Positions 35,932-45,512 of a DNA stretch of 64,000 nucleotides are shown here, piece by piece (within the stretch, counting starts at the first letter, position 1; every line of letters begins with the position of its first letter). This DNA is from a phage. The position numbers were made by a program, and so were the translations under genes. Location of the stretch: NCBI GenBank assembly GCA_011835815.1, contig GCA_011835815.1_3615.1, one strand, 5' to 3'. Below the pieces are notes generated by a model, which had not been told where the DNA came from, ran no database searches, and saw only the letters and a program-made list of their open reading frames with translations.

Positions 35932-36915
35932 TTAGATTATCTGAATCAGGGTATTTTTCATTTCTTCTCTGGTGCGGATGTTGTTACGGTCACGAACAAC
36001 AGATCCACAACCTTCGCAGCGGTATGTTTTAAATGCACTCAGTTGAGTATACGCCAAAGCTTCTTCCTCGTGAAGGTGTTCTCCACCACAGCGTGGGCAA
36101 CGAACTTTTGGCTCCTCATCCTGGTAGTACAATGACATGTTGGGGTGCTGCTTAGCAAACGGGCGAGCCAGCAAATACAGGCCTTCCAGAGATAGGATAT
36201 CGCCAACATTGTACTCCCGCATCTGTTTAAACGCCTCAAGATCACCGTGAACACACTTGATCCACATTTCAAATGTGTGGTCAATCAGTTTCTGTCGGGC
36301 AAGTTGGAAGTATTTGCATGCATACTCCAAAGTGTTTGCATTCAAACGGAATGCCTTCTTGATCATTTTAAGGGTGTCAACCTCTTTGTAGGGGCTTGTT
36401 GGAGGCAATCCGTGAAATGCAAATCGTTGGTTGGCCCACCCACAGTCAAAACCTGAATTGTGGGCTACTGCGACATCACATTTATCCAGATAATACCACA
36501 AATCCTGAATCAATTCGAGATCATTGTGAATATCCTCATCCCACATTTTGTAATCAGGAAGAGCGCAGTCAACCACACTAGGACTGTCTAACCACTTACC
36601 TGCGAAAGTTAGCATGTAGGGCATAATTTCAATACCGCAGGTTTGAATGTTGGTCTTATAGTGCCCAAAGAACCAGCCGTTTGTTGGGGATGTCTCTGTA
36701 TCATACACCCAAACTTTAGCACCTTTGTGCTCTTCAAGGAAGCGCTCCGTTGCTTCTCCTACAATCTCTGACATATTCTCTTGTGCACGTTTAAGCTGTA
36801 GTCGGATCCAGCTCTCACGTGACTCACGGCCTAAAAATTCACGAGCAATTTGTCTATTAGTGTATCCTTGTTGCTTTAGTGTTAAAATTTGCTCAAGAGT
36901 TAACTTTGTCATCAT
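35932..36915 (-). CDS. DnaQ-like (DEDD) 3'-5' exonuclease with N-terminal HTH and C-terminal zinc ribbon
   Basis: 327 aa; VYDTETS (Exo I-like), AVAHNSGFDCGW (Exo II-like), C-terminal CPRCG...CEGCG. Confidence 0.5.
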   Translation of the reverse strand: MMTKLTLEQILTLKQQGYTNRQIAREFLGRESRESWIRLQLKRAQENMSEIVGEATERFLEEHKGAKVWVYDTETSPTNGWFFGHYKTNIQTCGIEIMPYMLTFAGKWLDSPSVVDCALPDYKMWDEDIHNDLELIQDLWYYLDKCDVAVAHNSGFDCGWANQRFAFHGLPPTSPYKEVDTLKMIKKAFRLNANTLEYACKYFQLARQKLIDHTFEMWIKCVHGDLEAFKQMREYNVGDILSLEGLYLLARPFAKQHPNMSLYYQDEEPKVRCPRCGGEHLHEEEALAYTQLSAFKTYRCEGCGSVVRDRNNIRTREEMKNTLIQII

Positions 36916-36927
36916 CGTTAAGATTCC

Positions 36928-37149
36928 TTAGTAAAACTGAAGAATGTCTTTTAAAGCGAAGTCACGATATTCGCCCTTGTCTACATCGAAGGCACGCATC
37001 AACCACTGCTCTTCTTTATGATACTCTGTAGAGCCAAACCATAAATTAGGCTCAGTAACGCAGCGATCTGCAACAACACCTTTCCAGTTACGGTATTTCA
37101 TCCTGATCAGGACTGAGTCGCAAGGATTGAATACCTTTTTCATCCCCAT
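36928..37149 (-). CDS. hypothetical protein
   Basis: 73-aa ORF. Confidence 0.45.
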   Translation of the reverse strand: MGMKKVFNPCDSVLIRMKYRNWKGVVADRCVTEPNLWFGSTEYHKEEQWLMRAFDVDKGEYRDFALKDILQFY

Positions 37150-37693
37150 AGAAATCTCTCTCCTCAGTTTTCTTTATAAACTCCTGCATGTAGAGCTCAA
37201 TAGCCTCATGCTTGGTGCACTCTGGATTAATGACAAGATTGAGATCTGATTCTGCTCGTGCAATAATCGTAGCTTTAGAGCATCTCCTCAAGAACTTTGT
37301 CATATCATCTCTGTAGTTTTTGTGGAGCGGGAAGTCGCTGTAGTCTTTCTCCAAATAGTCAGCCATCCGGCGCAACGCCTCTGATAAACTGCAATCTGTA
37401 TACTCGTTACAGTATTTCATCCAGTATTTAAGCACATACCCCTCAAAGGTATTAGTGCATTGAGACAAAACACCCCTGCAACGACCAGTCAGATGATCAT
37501 GATCTAAACAAGGCTTACGAAGTGGCTCGCACAAGATCGGATCAAGACCATCCTGCTCCTCTGACAATTCTTTTCGAAAGTTGGCTATGTCCTTAGAATC
37601 TTTTAACCACCCGTTATGAACTGGGGCTTTGACAGCTTTCTTTCTTATTTTACGCTTTGCGATAATCCCTCCAGATGAGCCCTGCCTATCCAA
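37088..37693 (-). CDS. recombination endonuclease VII (T4 gp49-like)
   Basis: 201 aa; CLDHDHLTGRCRGVLSQCTN matches the endo VII LDHDH...RGLLC..CN zinc/catalytic motif. Confidence 0.75.
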   Translation of the reverse strand: MDRQGSSGGIIAKRKIRKKAVKAPVHNGWLKDSKDIANFRKELSEEQDGLDPILCEPLRKPCLDHDHLTGRCRGVLSQCTNTFEGYVLKYWMKYCNEYTDCSLSEALRRMADYLEKDYSDFPLHKNYRDDMTKFLRRCSKATIIARAESDLNLVINPECTKHEAIELYMQEFIKKTEERDFYGDEKGIQSLRLSPDQDEIP

Positions 37694-38274
37694 TAAGCAT
37701 CTGCGAGATCGGCCTTACCTTGTACCAAATTGATCCCGTCTAGGAACCCAGGTTCAGATACTTCGCAGGCCTTAACCATCAACTTTTTATCCATTGTAAC
37801 AGGTTTCTTCACAGTATGCTCTTTACCTGTCTTTTTGTCAAGCTTTTTCTTCTCCTCAAAAGCAAGTTCTTCAGGAAGATGACTACGAGCAAACTTTTTG
37901 GCAGTTGTTGGTGTCACTGTGTGGACCTTAAACAGGCCGTCATTTTCACAATCAGCTAAGGCATCCCAAAGCATAATTTCAAGACCGTAAAACAACCCAG
38001 CCAGTTCACGTGTGGCATCCCCGCGTGATCCAAAGGAAAGCCCTTCCATAACCACGGTGTCAACGTGATGCGTGTGGATATGATATCTGACCTGTTTGCA
38101 GATCCAGTCAATACGCTCAGCAGCTGTTGCAAAAGAAACCGTCCCTGGTTTCTTCTCTTTTGCAGATGAGCTTTGAGTTCGTAACACAACCTTATGAACA
38201 GGCTTTCCATCGTCCCATACAACGCAAGCTGTGTGTGTCAACGACTGGTCTATGGATAATAGACGCTCTCTCAT
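37645..38274 (-). CDS. RuvC-like Holliday junction resolvase (putative)
   Basis: 209 aa; SIDQSLTHTACVV, VVMEG and GKADLADAYWIGRAHL lie where RuvC has its conserved acidic residues. Confidence 0.5.
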   Translation of the reverse strand: MRERLLSIDQSLTHTACVVWDDGKPVHKVVLRTQSSSAKEKKPGTVSFATAAERIDWICKQVRYHIHTHHVDTVVMEGLSFGSRGDATRELAGLFYGLEIMLWDALADCENDGLFKVHTVTPTTAKKFARSHLPEELAFEEKKKLDKKTGKEHTVKKPVTMDKKLMVKACEVSEPGFLDGINLVQGKADLADAYWIGRAHLEGLSQSVK

Positions 38275-38606
38275 GCTTCCTCATCCTCCTCTCCTTCATC
38301 AGGAGCATAAGCCTTATCTTTGAACAAGACGAGAGAGCAAAGCTTAACATCTGTTTCCACACTGGTGAACATGCATAACCGCTCGCCCTCAATCAACTCA
38401 CAATCCTCTTTTAAAACAGCAGACCATACACGGTCATCTGCGTAATCATCTGTGTACAGGATGTATGAAATAGTGTCATCTTCATACAACCGCCACATAC
38501 CTGTGGCAACAACGAATGTATTTTTTGTTTTAAGTGTCCCTGTTGTGTGATCATCCTCAAAAACAGCTTCCATAATTGCGTTATCTACAGAATTTTTAGT
38601 CATCAA
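38271..38606 (-). CDS. hypothetical protein
   Basis: 111-aa acidic ORF, coupled. Confidence 0.5.
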   Translation of the reverse strand: MMTKNSVDNAIMEAVFEDDHTTGTLKTKNTFVVATGMWRLYEDDTISYILYTDDYADDRVWSAVLKEDCELIEGERLCMFTSVETDVKLCSLVLFKDKAYAPDEGEEDEEA

Positions 38607-39742
38607 ATTGCTCCAACATTTCTAAGAACGTTAACAAGTTTTGTTTGATCATTGAATGTTCGCTTCATATACAAACAGTCAAAAATTATACTCATCCATT
38701 GACCTACGGAGATTCTACGATCAATACCATTGAAGTCAGTATACTTAACAACACCTTTCGGGAACCACTTCTTGTACTGATCAATAATAGCCACCCACAT
38801 CTCCTTTGGAGTGCTGCACTGAGACAGTAGGTAGAATGCTGAGGCATCTCCGAACTTACCCTTACCGATAAGTCCTTGATACGGCTTGATGTTGTCAGCA
38901 GAGTCACCACACAGCATTTGGTATCCGAAGAACAGCATTCCGTAACCACCAACCTCTCCATTAGGCTTCATGAAGATGTTCCCCATACCGTTATCGATCA
39001 GCATAGGGGTTTCCCTTACAAAATCTCCCTTATCGTTTCGCATGGGATCGAACACAAGCCCCGGTAGTGTTCTTTGGTCCTTATCAATAGAGATAATAAA
39101 CTTGTTGAACTTACCTGTTTTTTGGTAGTGGTTCCAACCTTCAAATTGCTGGATAGCTAACCAGTCATCAGCCTCGATACCGTTGATCACTTGAGCATTA
39201 TACTGCTTTTGGAGATACTGTCTTGCATCTCCAAGCAGCAGTGGTCGAAGAGTATTGTTACGGTTGGCTTTATATCTTTCCGGCATGGGAAGATCTAGTC
39301 TGAAATTACCTGTGCCTCCAAGTACCCCCACGCACCGATCTTCCGGAATACCGAGGTAATTAAGGACTGCATTAGCTTTACACTTAATTGTGTGCAAGCA
39401 ATTCTCTACAGGATCAGGGGTTTGGATATCCAAGACATCGAAATCTTCTCGTGTCCACGGAATAAACTCCTTGCCAGCCTTTTTACATGCAGCTTCACGG
39501 TTGGTATTCTCAGCTTTTAACCAACCACCAACGGTGTTCTTCTGCCGCCCCCAGAACTCTGTTCGTGTTTTAAACATCTTCTTACGTCCGGAGGCTTTGT
39601 GTGTTACCTCAATTGTCCTTTTTTCACAACTTGCTGCAGCTTGATATGCAACCTGATCGAAGTCATAATAAACTATAGCGTCAGGTTCAAGAAGATCAGC
39701 CAGACAATCTATGGACTCAATAAGTGGATATTCTCTACTCAA
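38603..39742 (-). CDS. FEN-family 5'-3' exonuclease (flap endonuclease / RNase H-like)
   Basis: 379 aa; INGIEADDWLA, IISIDKDQ and LCGDSADNIKP match FEN motifs; roughly 190-aa N-terminal extension. Confidence 0.65.
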   Translation of the reverse strand: MSREYPLIESIDCLADLLEPDAIVYYDFDQVAYQAAASCEKRTIEVTHKASGRKKMFKTRTEFWGRQKNTVGGWLKAENTNREAACKKAGKEFIPWTREDFDVLDIQTPDPVENCLHTIKCKANAVLNYLGIPEDRCVGVLGGTGNFRLDLPMPERYKANRNNTLRPLLLGDARQYLQKQYNAQVINGIEADDWLAIQQFEGWNHYQKTGKFNKFIISIDKDQRTLPGLVFDPMRNDKGDFVRETPMLIDNGMGNIFMKPNGEVGGYGMLFFGYQMLCGDSADNIKPYQGLIGKGKFGDASAFYLLSQCSTPKEMWVAIIDQYKKWFPKGVVKYTDFNGIDRRISVGQWMSIIFDCLYMKRTFNDQTKLVNVLRNVGAI

Positions 39743-40043
39743 AGACCCTCCTGTTAGTTATTCTGCAAGATGGTTGGATGCTGTAATGGAATGCATCATC
39801 ACTCTCTGCAATAAGTGACTCAACATCCCAATACTTTTCAAAAAGGAACGGATTAGACCCCCAGTGGTGGGTTATTTTCATCAAGGAGTCTGGTATCATA
39901 TAACCACAGATCTTAATTACATCGCCAGGTTGAATTGTGTTTTCATGAAGGTTACTTGCCTTCTTCAGAATCATACCTTTATGATTCTCGTTTGCATACA
40001 ACTGGACAATATCTTTATCTTCAATAATAAAAATTTTAAGCAT
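39735..40043 (-). CDS. hypothetical protein
   Basis: 102-aa ORF. Confidence 0.5.
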   Translation of the reverse strand: MLKIFIIEDKDIVQLYANENHKGMILKKASNLHENTIQPGDVIKICGYMIPDSLMKITHHWGSNPFLFEKYWDVESLIAESDDAFHYSIQPSCRITNRRVFE

Positions 40044-40102
40044 ATCTGGTTCTCCTAGTTTATAGATATCTGACCGATAATATCAGATTAATAACACTTT
40101 TG

Positions 40103-40396
40103 TCAAGACTTTTTAGTCTTTCTTGGAGAGCTTTTTGTTGATCTTTTCCTTTTGTGGTAGATTCCAAGTGCAGCGTTTTCTTGGGCGCACGTTTTAACAG
40201 TTCTCAGACAAGAACTTTCAGCTTTAGGCAGGTTTAACTCCCACCAACCAAGCCAGTAAAGTTCTGATTCAGACAACTGCTCAGATTCAGCCTTCCGATA
40301 CAAGGCTTGCATACCTCTGATGATATCGTCCAGAGGTGTATCGAATACAAAAGCTGTCTTATCGAATTTCTCTTTTACAGGTCTCTTAGCCATCAA
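40103..40396 (-). CDS. hypothetical protein
   Basis: 97-aa ORF with basic C-terminus. Confidence 0.5.
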   Translation of the reverse strand: MMAKRPVKEKFDKTAFVFDTPLDDIIRGMQALYRKAESEQLSESELYWLGWWELNLPKAESSCLRTVKTCAQENAALGIYHKRKRSTKSSPRKTKKS

Positions 40397-40850
40397 GGTA
40401 ACCCTCTATCCACGAAAAGTCAGTCTTCCATTCTGGAACTTTACTAAGCTCACGCCACTCTGCAAAGCAGTCTCGGTAATACGCCTCTGCCATACCTTTG
40501 GTGATCTTATTCACCTTAGCCAACTGATTAACTGCCTGAGCATACTTTCCACGGATATTTGCTAACCCAGGGTGCACCGATGTGTGACAATCTGGGCACA
40601 ACGCTATCAGTCCGACAAGCCGGATCACTCCCTCTTCGAAAGTGTAAAGTTCATGACACTCCACTGGGTGTTTGCTGCCTTTACCGCCGCACACCTCACA
40701 GGTGTAGTTGGCTTCTCTATAGCACTTCTTGCGGATCTTATCCCACTCACTCTTCTTTACAGCGTTTCGGAGGTTATTATACCAAGCTGTTTCTGGGATC
40801 AGTTGCACAATAAGCCTGCGTTCAGACTTCATTAAACGTCCGTCTTCCAC
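40386..40850 (-). CDS. HNH-family endonuclease-like protein
   Basis: 154 aa; CEVCGGKGS...HPVECHELY...CPDCHTSVH fits a zinc-bound HNH motif. Confidence 0.55.
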   Translation of the reverse strand: MEDGRLMKSERRLIVQLIPETAWYNNLRNAVKKSEWDKIRKKCYREANYTCEVCGGKGSKHPVECHELYTFEEGVIRLVGLIALCPDCHTSVHPGLANIRGKYAQAVNQLAKVNKITKGMAEAYYRDCFAEWRELSKVPEWKTDFSWIEGYLDG

Positions 40851-40859
40851 GTATTCTCC

Positions 40860-41066
40860 TCATTCAAAGAAATGGGTGCGAGGGCAGGAACCTGCCTCTC
40901 CTTGTTTCACAAGTTCGTAGAGCTCACCTTGGCTTGTCTCATAAAGGCAAATACGTTTACCATTGTCCCGATATACATCGACAAGATACGCTGTTTCACC
41001 TGCAGACACGACACCACAGGCCAGACATGCCGCCATGAACAAAATTGCCAACAGAAAATCTTTCAT
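40860..41066 (-). CDS. small secreted protein or lipoprotein
   Basis: 68 aa; N-terminal MKDFLLAILFMAACLACGVVSAG is signal/lipobox-like; directly downstream of endolysin. Confidence 0.5.
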   Translation of the reverse strand: MKDFLLAILFMAACLACGVVSAGETAYLVDVYRDNGKRICLYETSQGELYELVKQGEAGSCPRTHFFE

Positions 41067-41129
41067 GGTTAAACCCTCTCAAACATTTTATGAGGTGACA
41101 ATACCACGTCCGTGTGGTTATGTCAATGA

Positions 41130-41600
41130 TCAATCCAGGACAACACCGCCTGCCTTTTTAAACACCTCGATCAACTTCTCGATCTTCTGTTCATGCTGAC
41201 CATATCCAGCGCCGGGTAACGAAGCCCAGCGGGAACGGCATTTGCGGATAGCTTCGTGGATACGCCCTTCGTCAATGTCGGCGAGAGCCTTGCACTCACG
41301 GATCAGTTGCAACGCAATCTTGTCCTGACTGGCAGGGCCAAAATCTGGTAATCCTAACTGTTTCATGTAGTGTTTAGCAAACTTCTCCAAAACCTGGTAA
41401 CGCCCAGCAGCGGAGGAGGTAAGTTTAGCATTTAGCTTAACGTAAACACCTGGATGCTTGCTGTAATCGCTGAACAGCTTGCCGCCGACTATGACATCGT
41501 ACCCCCGATCCTTGGTAGGTTGTCTACCATTATCTGTTCCTTCCGAATATGCGATCATATCCAAGAAAGCTTTTCGTTGAACATTTTTATCAAGTTTCAT
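41130..41600 (-). CDS. endolysin, lambda R-type lytic transglycosylase
   Basis: 156 aa; QRKAFLDMIAYSEGTDNGRQ...GYDVIVGG...AGRYQ...WASLPGAGYGQHE matches lambda R closely, including the catalytic Glu in YSEGT. Confidence 0.85.
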   Translation of the reverse strand: MKLDKNVQRKAFLDMIAYSEGTDNGRQPTKDRGYDVIVGGKLFSDYSKHPGVYVKLNAKLTSSAAGRYQVLEKFAKHYMKQLGLPDFGPASQDKIALQLIRECKALADIDEGRIHEAIRKCRSRWASLPGAGYGQHEQKIEKLIEVFKKAGGVVLD

Positions 41601-41724
41601 TTTTCATACTCTCCAGTTTACTCATAACTAACCCGATCAACAACACTGCATAGTGTGGTTATGTAGGTGCCAATTGAAAAACCATCATTCAATTGGCTAC
41701 CGTTACCTACTAAACCATCCTACA

Positions 41725-43008
41725 TCATTCCAGAACCTCCCAAGTGTCTGGGTTAACATTTCGGACGCAGATACCGACAGGGAATTGGTAGTTGTTGTCT
41801 TCTGTCCTTGCTTGATATTTGAAGGTGACAAACTTGCCGATCATTTCCTGCATCCTGTCATAGCTACGCTCCTCGTGCGTGCCTTTCATCTTCATTTTAA
41901 CAACAACACCTTCCTTGTCAACACAGATAAGAACACCTTCATCATTCTTATCTTTCTCAACGTCAATAACTTTCACCTCTGCGTCGTTGAACTTTTTCCA
42001 TTTCAATGCTTCAGATGTTCGCTGACCATACTCATATTTACCACAGAAGTTACGCATAATGGTACCTTCATATCCCTCAGACATAAATATACCAACAGAC
42101 TCTTCGCACCGATCAACTGTGTATGCAATCTCTGCATCAACAACCTTAATATGATCAAGCATCAAAGAAGCAATAGCACCATTTGCCTCCATAAGATCCT
42201 TACAGCGTCCAGACTCTGTTTCAGGATCCCACCACACCTTATCGCTAGGAATATCGAAAATATGATACTCTAAGTCGTAGCTGCAGTACCCTCCGTAACG
42301 CAAATCATCACGAACAGGCTCAACATCAACAGGAATGTCCATCTTGTTGAAGTTTTTGTATGTTGCTAAACCTGCTTTAATCGCAGCCTGACGGCGTTTT
42401 TTATCTGCCTTGTAGTCTTTATCGATCTCGGCCTGAATTTCTTCCTGTGTGCGCCACCGTTTAGCAAGAGACACTATTTTCTGCAGAGGCAGACCATGAA
42501 TATAGAGCTCTCCGTCGAGCTGTTTAATCCCGGTGGTTAGGTGGAAAGAGCGAAGTTGCTCCAGAAGCTTCCCTTGAATAGGGTAGGACTTATTACCACG
42601 GGAAATAAATTTAGGCTCACCATTCTGGAAAACAACAAGTAGACGAAGGCCATCTAACTTACGCAAGATCCAGCAAGGTAATTTAAGTGCCTTGCCACGC
42701 TTCAGGTAGTCATGCACCAACATGGGTAAAAGATCAACACCTTGCTCACAATCTTCCATACTCTCCACGTACCCGAGTCGGACCTGTTTTTCCCACTTAC
42801 TGATCGCTTCCAGCTCGGCCTGTTGCTCAGCTGTAGTTTCATTAGCGCGACCCACGTTCTTAGGTGTGCAGATCGTCTCTTTGTATTGCAGTTTACCATC
42901 AAGCTTGCCAAACTCTACGATAACCTTATCACCATCCGTGAATACTTTCCACTGTTGGTGGCTGCCATCTTTGTTCAGTGCGTACAGTGTTGTTTTGATC
43001 TGATGCAT
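41725..43008 (-). CDS. DNA ligase (nucleotidyltransferase superfamily)
   Basis: 427 aa; KxDG motif I (RKLDGLR), motif III (LDGELYIHG), motif IV (YEGTIMRN); cofactor not determined. Confidence 0.7.
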   Translation of the reverse strand: MHQIKTTLYALNKDGSHQQWKVFTDGDKVIVEFGKLDGKLQYKETICTPKNVGRANETTAEQQAELEAISKWEKQVRLGYVESMEDCEQGVDLLPMLVHDYLKRGKALKLPCWILRKLDGLRLLVVFQNGEPKFISRGNKSYPIQGKLLEQLRSFHLTTGIKQLDGELYIHGLPLQKIVSLAKRWRTQEEIQAEIDKDYKADKKRRQAAIKAGLATYKNFNKMDIPVDVEPVRDDLRYGGYCSYDLEYHIFDIPSDKVWWDPETESGRCKDLMEANGAIASLMLDHIKVVDAEIAYTVDRCEESVGIFMSEGYEGTIMRNFCGKYEYGQRTSEALKWKKFNDAEVKVIDVEKDKNDEGVLICVDKEGVVVKMKMKGTHEERSYDRMQEMIGKFVTFKYQARTEDNNYQFPVGICVRNVNPDTWEVLE

Positions 43009-43277
43009 TACTCGGCCTCTTCCTTAAAAATGTTAAACATCTCTTCTTTACTCATTACCAGCCAGTCCCCCATAAAATCAACAAGCCAGTCACCCTGGTA
43101 CAAGACTAGGTTACCAAACGGCTCTACAAGCTCACACATGCGACGAAGATCTCTGGTCCGAACAGGTGACGATGTAAACACACCTGTATCAATCCACCGT
43201 TGCAGATCAGATACTGATGAAGAGCTTCCGTCAAACTGGTGTGCTTCTACAGGTTTAGCAAGATTAAATAATGGCAT
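43008..43277 (-). CDS. hypothetical protein
   Basis: 89-aa ORF, coupled. Confidence 0.5.
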   Translation of the reverse strand: MPLFNLAKPVEAHQFDGSSSSVSDLQRWIDTGVFTSSPVRTRDLRRMCELVEPFGNLVLYQGDWLVDFMGDWLVMSKEEMFNIFKEEAE

Positions 43278-43572
43278 TGCAGTCCTCCTTATCTAATAGG
43301 TCTTTTATCGGGTAAACAAGCAGATGTGGATCGTAATAATTTATAGTTTTATTCTGCCACACTATGAACTTAATTACAACTAAATTTACCACATCTTTAT
43401 CTCCATGTAGTCCAACACACAGATTTGTCCATATTTTGTGGTTGAATACTTTGCTGTCGATGTAGATTTTAGTGTCAAACTTATCCTCTATCCTGCCTAT
43501 GAGTTTAACCAACTCTTTCATCTGATCCCCAAACACAGCATCGTTTTCAAGATCTCTAGAGTGCTTGTACAT
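43264..43572 (-). CDS. hypothetical protein
   Basis: 102-aa ORF. Confidence 0.5.
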   Translation of the reverse strand: MYKHSRDLENDAVFGDQMKELVKLIGRIEDKFDTKIYIDSKVFNHKIWTNLCVGLHGDKDVVNLVVIKFIVWQNKTINYYDPHLLVYPIKDLLDKEDCNAII

Positions 43573-43599
43573 AACTAACTACCTCACTGCATACTTTCC

Positions 43600-43628
43600 A
43601 TAATAAGTAAAGCCGGGTAATCCCGGCT
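43600..43628 (-). terminator. rho-independent terminator (- strand)
   Basis: AGCCGGG-TAAT-CCCGGCT hairpin downstream of 43635-44348. Confidence 0.5.
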
Positions 43629-43634
43629 ATGTTG

Positions 43635-44348
43635 TTAAATATACTCTGTTACATCCTTGAAGCTCGAAGGCTTCATGATCTTACCTTTACTGTCAAGGAA
43701 TATAATAACTTTATTGCCGTTGTAGAACTCCTCTTTAGCAACGAAACCTTCGTAGCGACCACCAAAACGACGCTCAAGATCTTTAATCTCCAACTCGATG
43801 AGTTGTTCAGCAGGCATATCTGCACTGGCACCGTGTGAATGCCGTAGATGGTTGATCCGTGCAAACTTACTGTCATTAGATTTTAGAACCTTCCGCATCA
43901 TCCCACACACATCCCCGCTAAGCTGGAACAGCAAAGCTGTTGATAACTCCGCTAGTCGGTAAGCTGACGCTCTTTGCTTGGATGTGTTTTTCGCAGCGAT
44001 CAGTGTATCATAGAACTCACCGATCTTGAACTTAAGACCTCGCGGATTATCAAACAGGTTTGACCACTTTTCGTGGTTATCATTAACAAGATAAGCTGCA
44101 TAACTTGTGACAACGTGAAGATCGCAGGCCTCTTTTAGCAGGTGATCTCCACCATCACCTTTCTCCAGCTCTTCCAAAACCTCATTGAACTCTTCCTCAA
44201 TGAAGCTAAGCTGTAATTCGAATGGTGTGTATGATTTTTTCACTTTAGCTGCCACACGGTTCCAGTTTTCCACCCAGTTGGCAGACCAAAGGTAGTTTTC
44301 AGGCTGGGACAGTTTTTCCAGGTTGTCGATCAGTTTAGTATTCAGCAT
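43635..44348 (-). CDS. hypothetical protein, possibly MazG-like NTP pyrophosphohydrolase
   Basis: 237 aa; acidic cluster FIEEEFNEVLEELEKGD is reminiscent of MazG; weak. Confidence 0.3.
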   Translation of the reverse strand: MLNTKLIDNLEKLSQPENYLWSANWVENWNRVAAKVKKSYTPFELQLSFIEEEFNEVLEELEKGDGGDHLLKEACDLHVVTSYAAYLVNDNHEKWSNLFDNPRGLKFKIGEFYDTLIAAKNTSKQRASAYRLAELSTALLFQLSGDVCGMMRKVLKSNDSKFARINHLRHSHGASADMPAEQLIELEIKDLERRFGGRYEGFVAKEEFYNGNKVIIFLDSKGKIMKPSSFKDVTEYI

Positions 44349-44361
44349 TAAAGGTCTCCTT

Positions 44362-45123
44362 TTAAAGTTCCATAAAGTTTTCTACAGTTTCAATAAATGC
44401 TTTATCAGAGAAAGCGTCAACAGCACCGTTAAACCATACAGGGATCCCGCGATCCTCATATTGATAAAGGTCGCTACGTGGAATGCCACTTCCATCTGCA
44501 CTCTGCGAATCATACTTGTTTACAATCAGCAGTTTTGTGCCTTTACAAGTAGCAGGAAACAATTCCCAGTTAAAATTAATAACTGTGTTAGAACAACCTA
44601 CCAGGATCACCATATCATTGCTTGTGAGAGATGTCAACAGGTCATACATGTCTGTATACTTAGGAGCAACCTCACCGAAGAACACTACATTGGGCTTAAC
44701 CCAGGTATACTTGCCTGTATCTACCTCCGTGTATCCGATATTTTTAATTACATCATTACCTTCAGCATCTTCGTAGGTGATTTCAGGCAAATACCCGTGG
44801 ACATGTAAAATATCTTCATGTTTTACACCAGCACGCTCCAGCAAATCATCTACATTGGTAGTAAGGTTGATCACACGACCAGACCAGCGGGAATACCACT
44901 CAGAGATCCGAAGATGTGCAAGGTTAGGATCAACACTGCCCAGAGCTACACGACGTGCATTGTAAAAGTCATGCACCTTATAGTAGTTCTTGGCAAAGGT
45001 GTGGATGTTGCACACCTCATCGATGCTGAAATTCTCCCACATTGCAGTGCTACCAGATCGGAAAGTGGGAATACCAGATTCAGCGCTCAAACCAGCACCG
45101 GAGATAATAATCAGTCGTCGCAT
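44362..45123 (-). CDS. Sir2-family (sirtuin-like) NAD-dependent protein
   Basis: 253 aa; N-terminal IIISGAGLSAESGIPTFRS matches the Sir2 GAG(I/V)S...GIP.FR NAD-binding signature. Confidence 0.75.
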   Translation of the reverse strand: MRRLIIISGAGLSAESGIPTFRSGSTAMWENFSIDEVCNIHTFAKNYYKVHDFYNARRVALGSVDPNLAHLRISEWYSRWSGRVINLTTNVDDLLERAGVKHEDILHVHGYLPEITYEDAEGNDVIKNIGYTEVDTGKYTWVKPNVVFFGEVAPKYTDMYDLLTSLTSNDMVILVGCSNTVINFNWELFPATCKGTKLLIVNKYDSQSADGSGIPRSDLYQYEDRGIPVWFNGAVDAFSDKAFIETVENFMEL

Positions 45124-45131
45124 AAGTGTCC

Positions 45132-45512
45132 TCAGTAGATGTTTTGTTTAATCTCTATTCCAAACTTCTTGAATGAGTCAGCAGCAAGCATAAATTTACG
45201 AGCTGCCGATGGATTAGAAGTATGCACGAAAATAATCACGTTGTCAATAAGTGGTGGCTTTCCGAATACAAGTTTCTCCTCTAGCGCAGAGAAGCAGTCG
45301 TACCCTTCAAGCACTTCACCTAGATCATTGTCAAAATGCCACTCAGAAACGCGCCTGTAGAGCTTTCTATTATCGTTAATAAAATCCATGAACTCAGAAG
45401 AGTTCTTCAGCCAAAGAGCATCTTGGATTCCGTAATTTGACGGATCTCTCAAGTCATCTAGCCACACAATCAACTTCTTCATTGCATATAGTCCTCGTTG
45501 TGAAAATAGCAA
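45132..45512 (-). CDS. hypothetical protein
   Basis: 126-aa ORF directly upstream of the Sir2-like gene. Confidence 0.5.
   Translation of the reverse strand: MLFSQRGLYAMKKLIVWLDDLRDPSNYGIQDALWLKNSSEFMDFINDNRKLYRRVSEWHFDNDLGEVLEGYDCFSALEEKLVFGKPPLIDNVIIFVHTSNPSAARKFMLAADSFKKFGIEIKQNIY

Noticed and set aside
37645-37693. Overlap of about 49 nt between the RuvC-like and endonuclease VII genes as a sign of frameshift or pseudogene
   Set aside because: Both frames are intact with their motifs; the overlap more likely reflects an uncertain start codon for the downstream gene.
42742-43296. 184-aa plus-strand ORF antisense to the DNA ligase gene
   Set aside because: Lies opposite the ligase, which has clear catalytic motifs; low-complexity Leu/Ser-rich translation.
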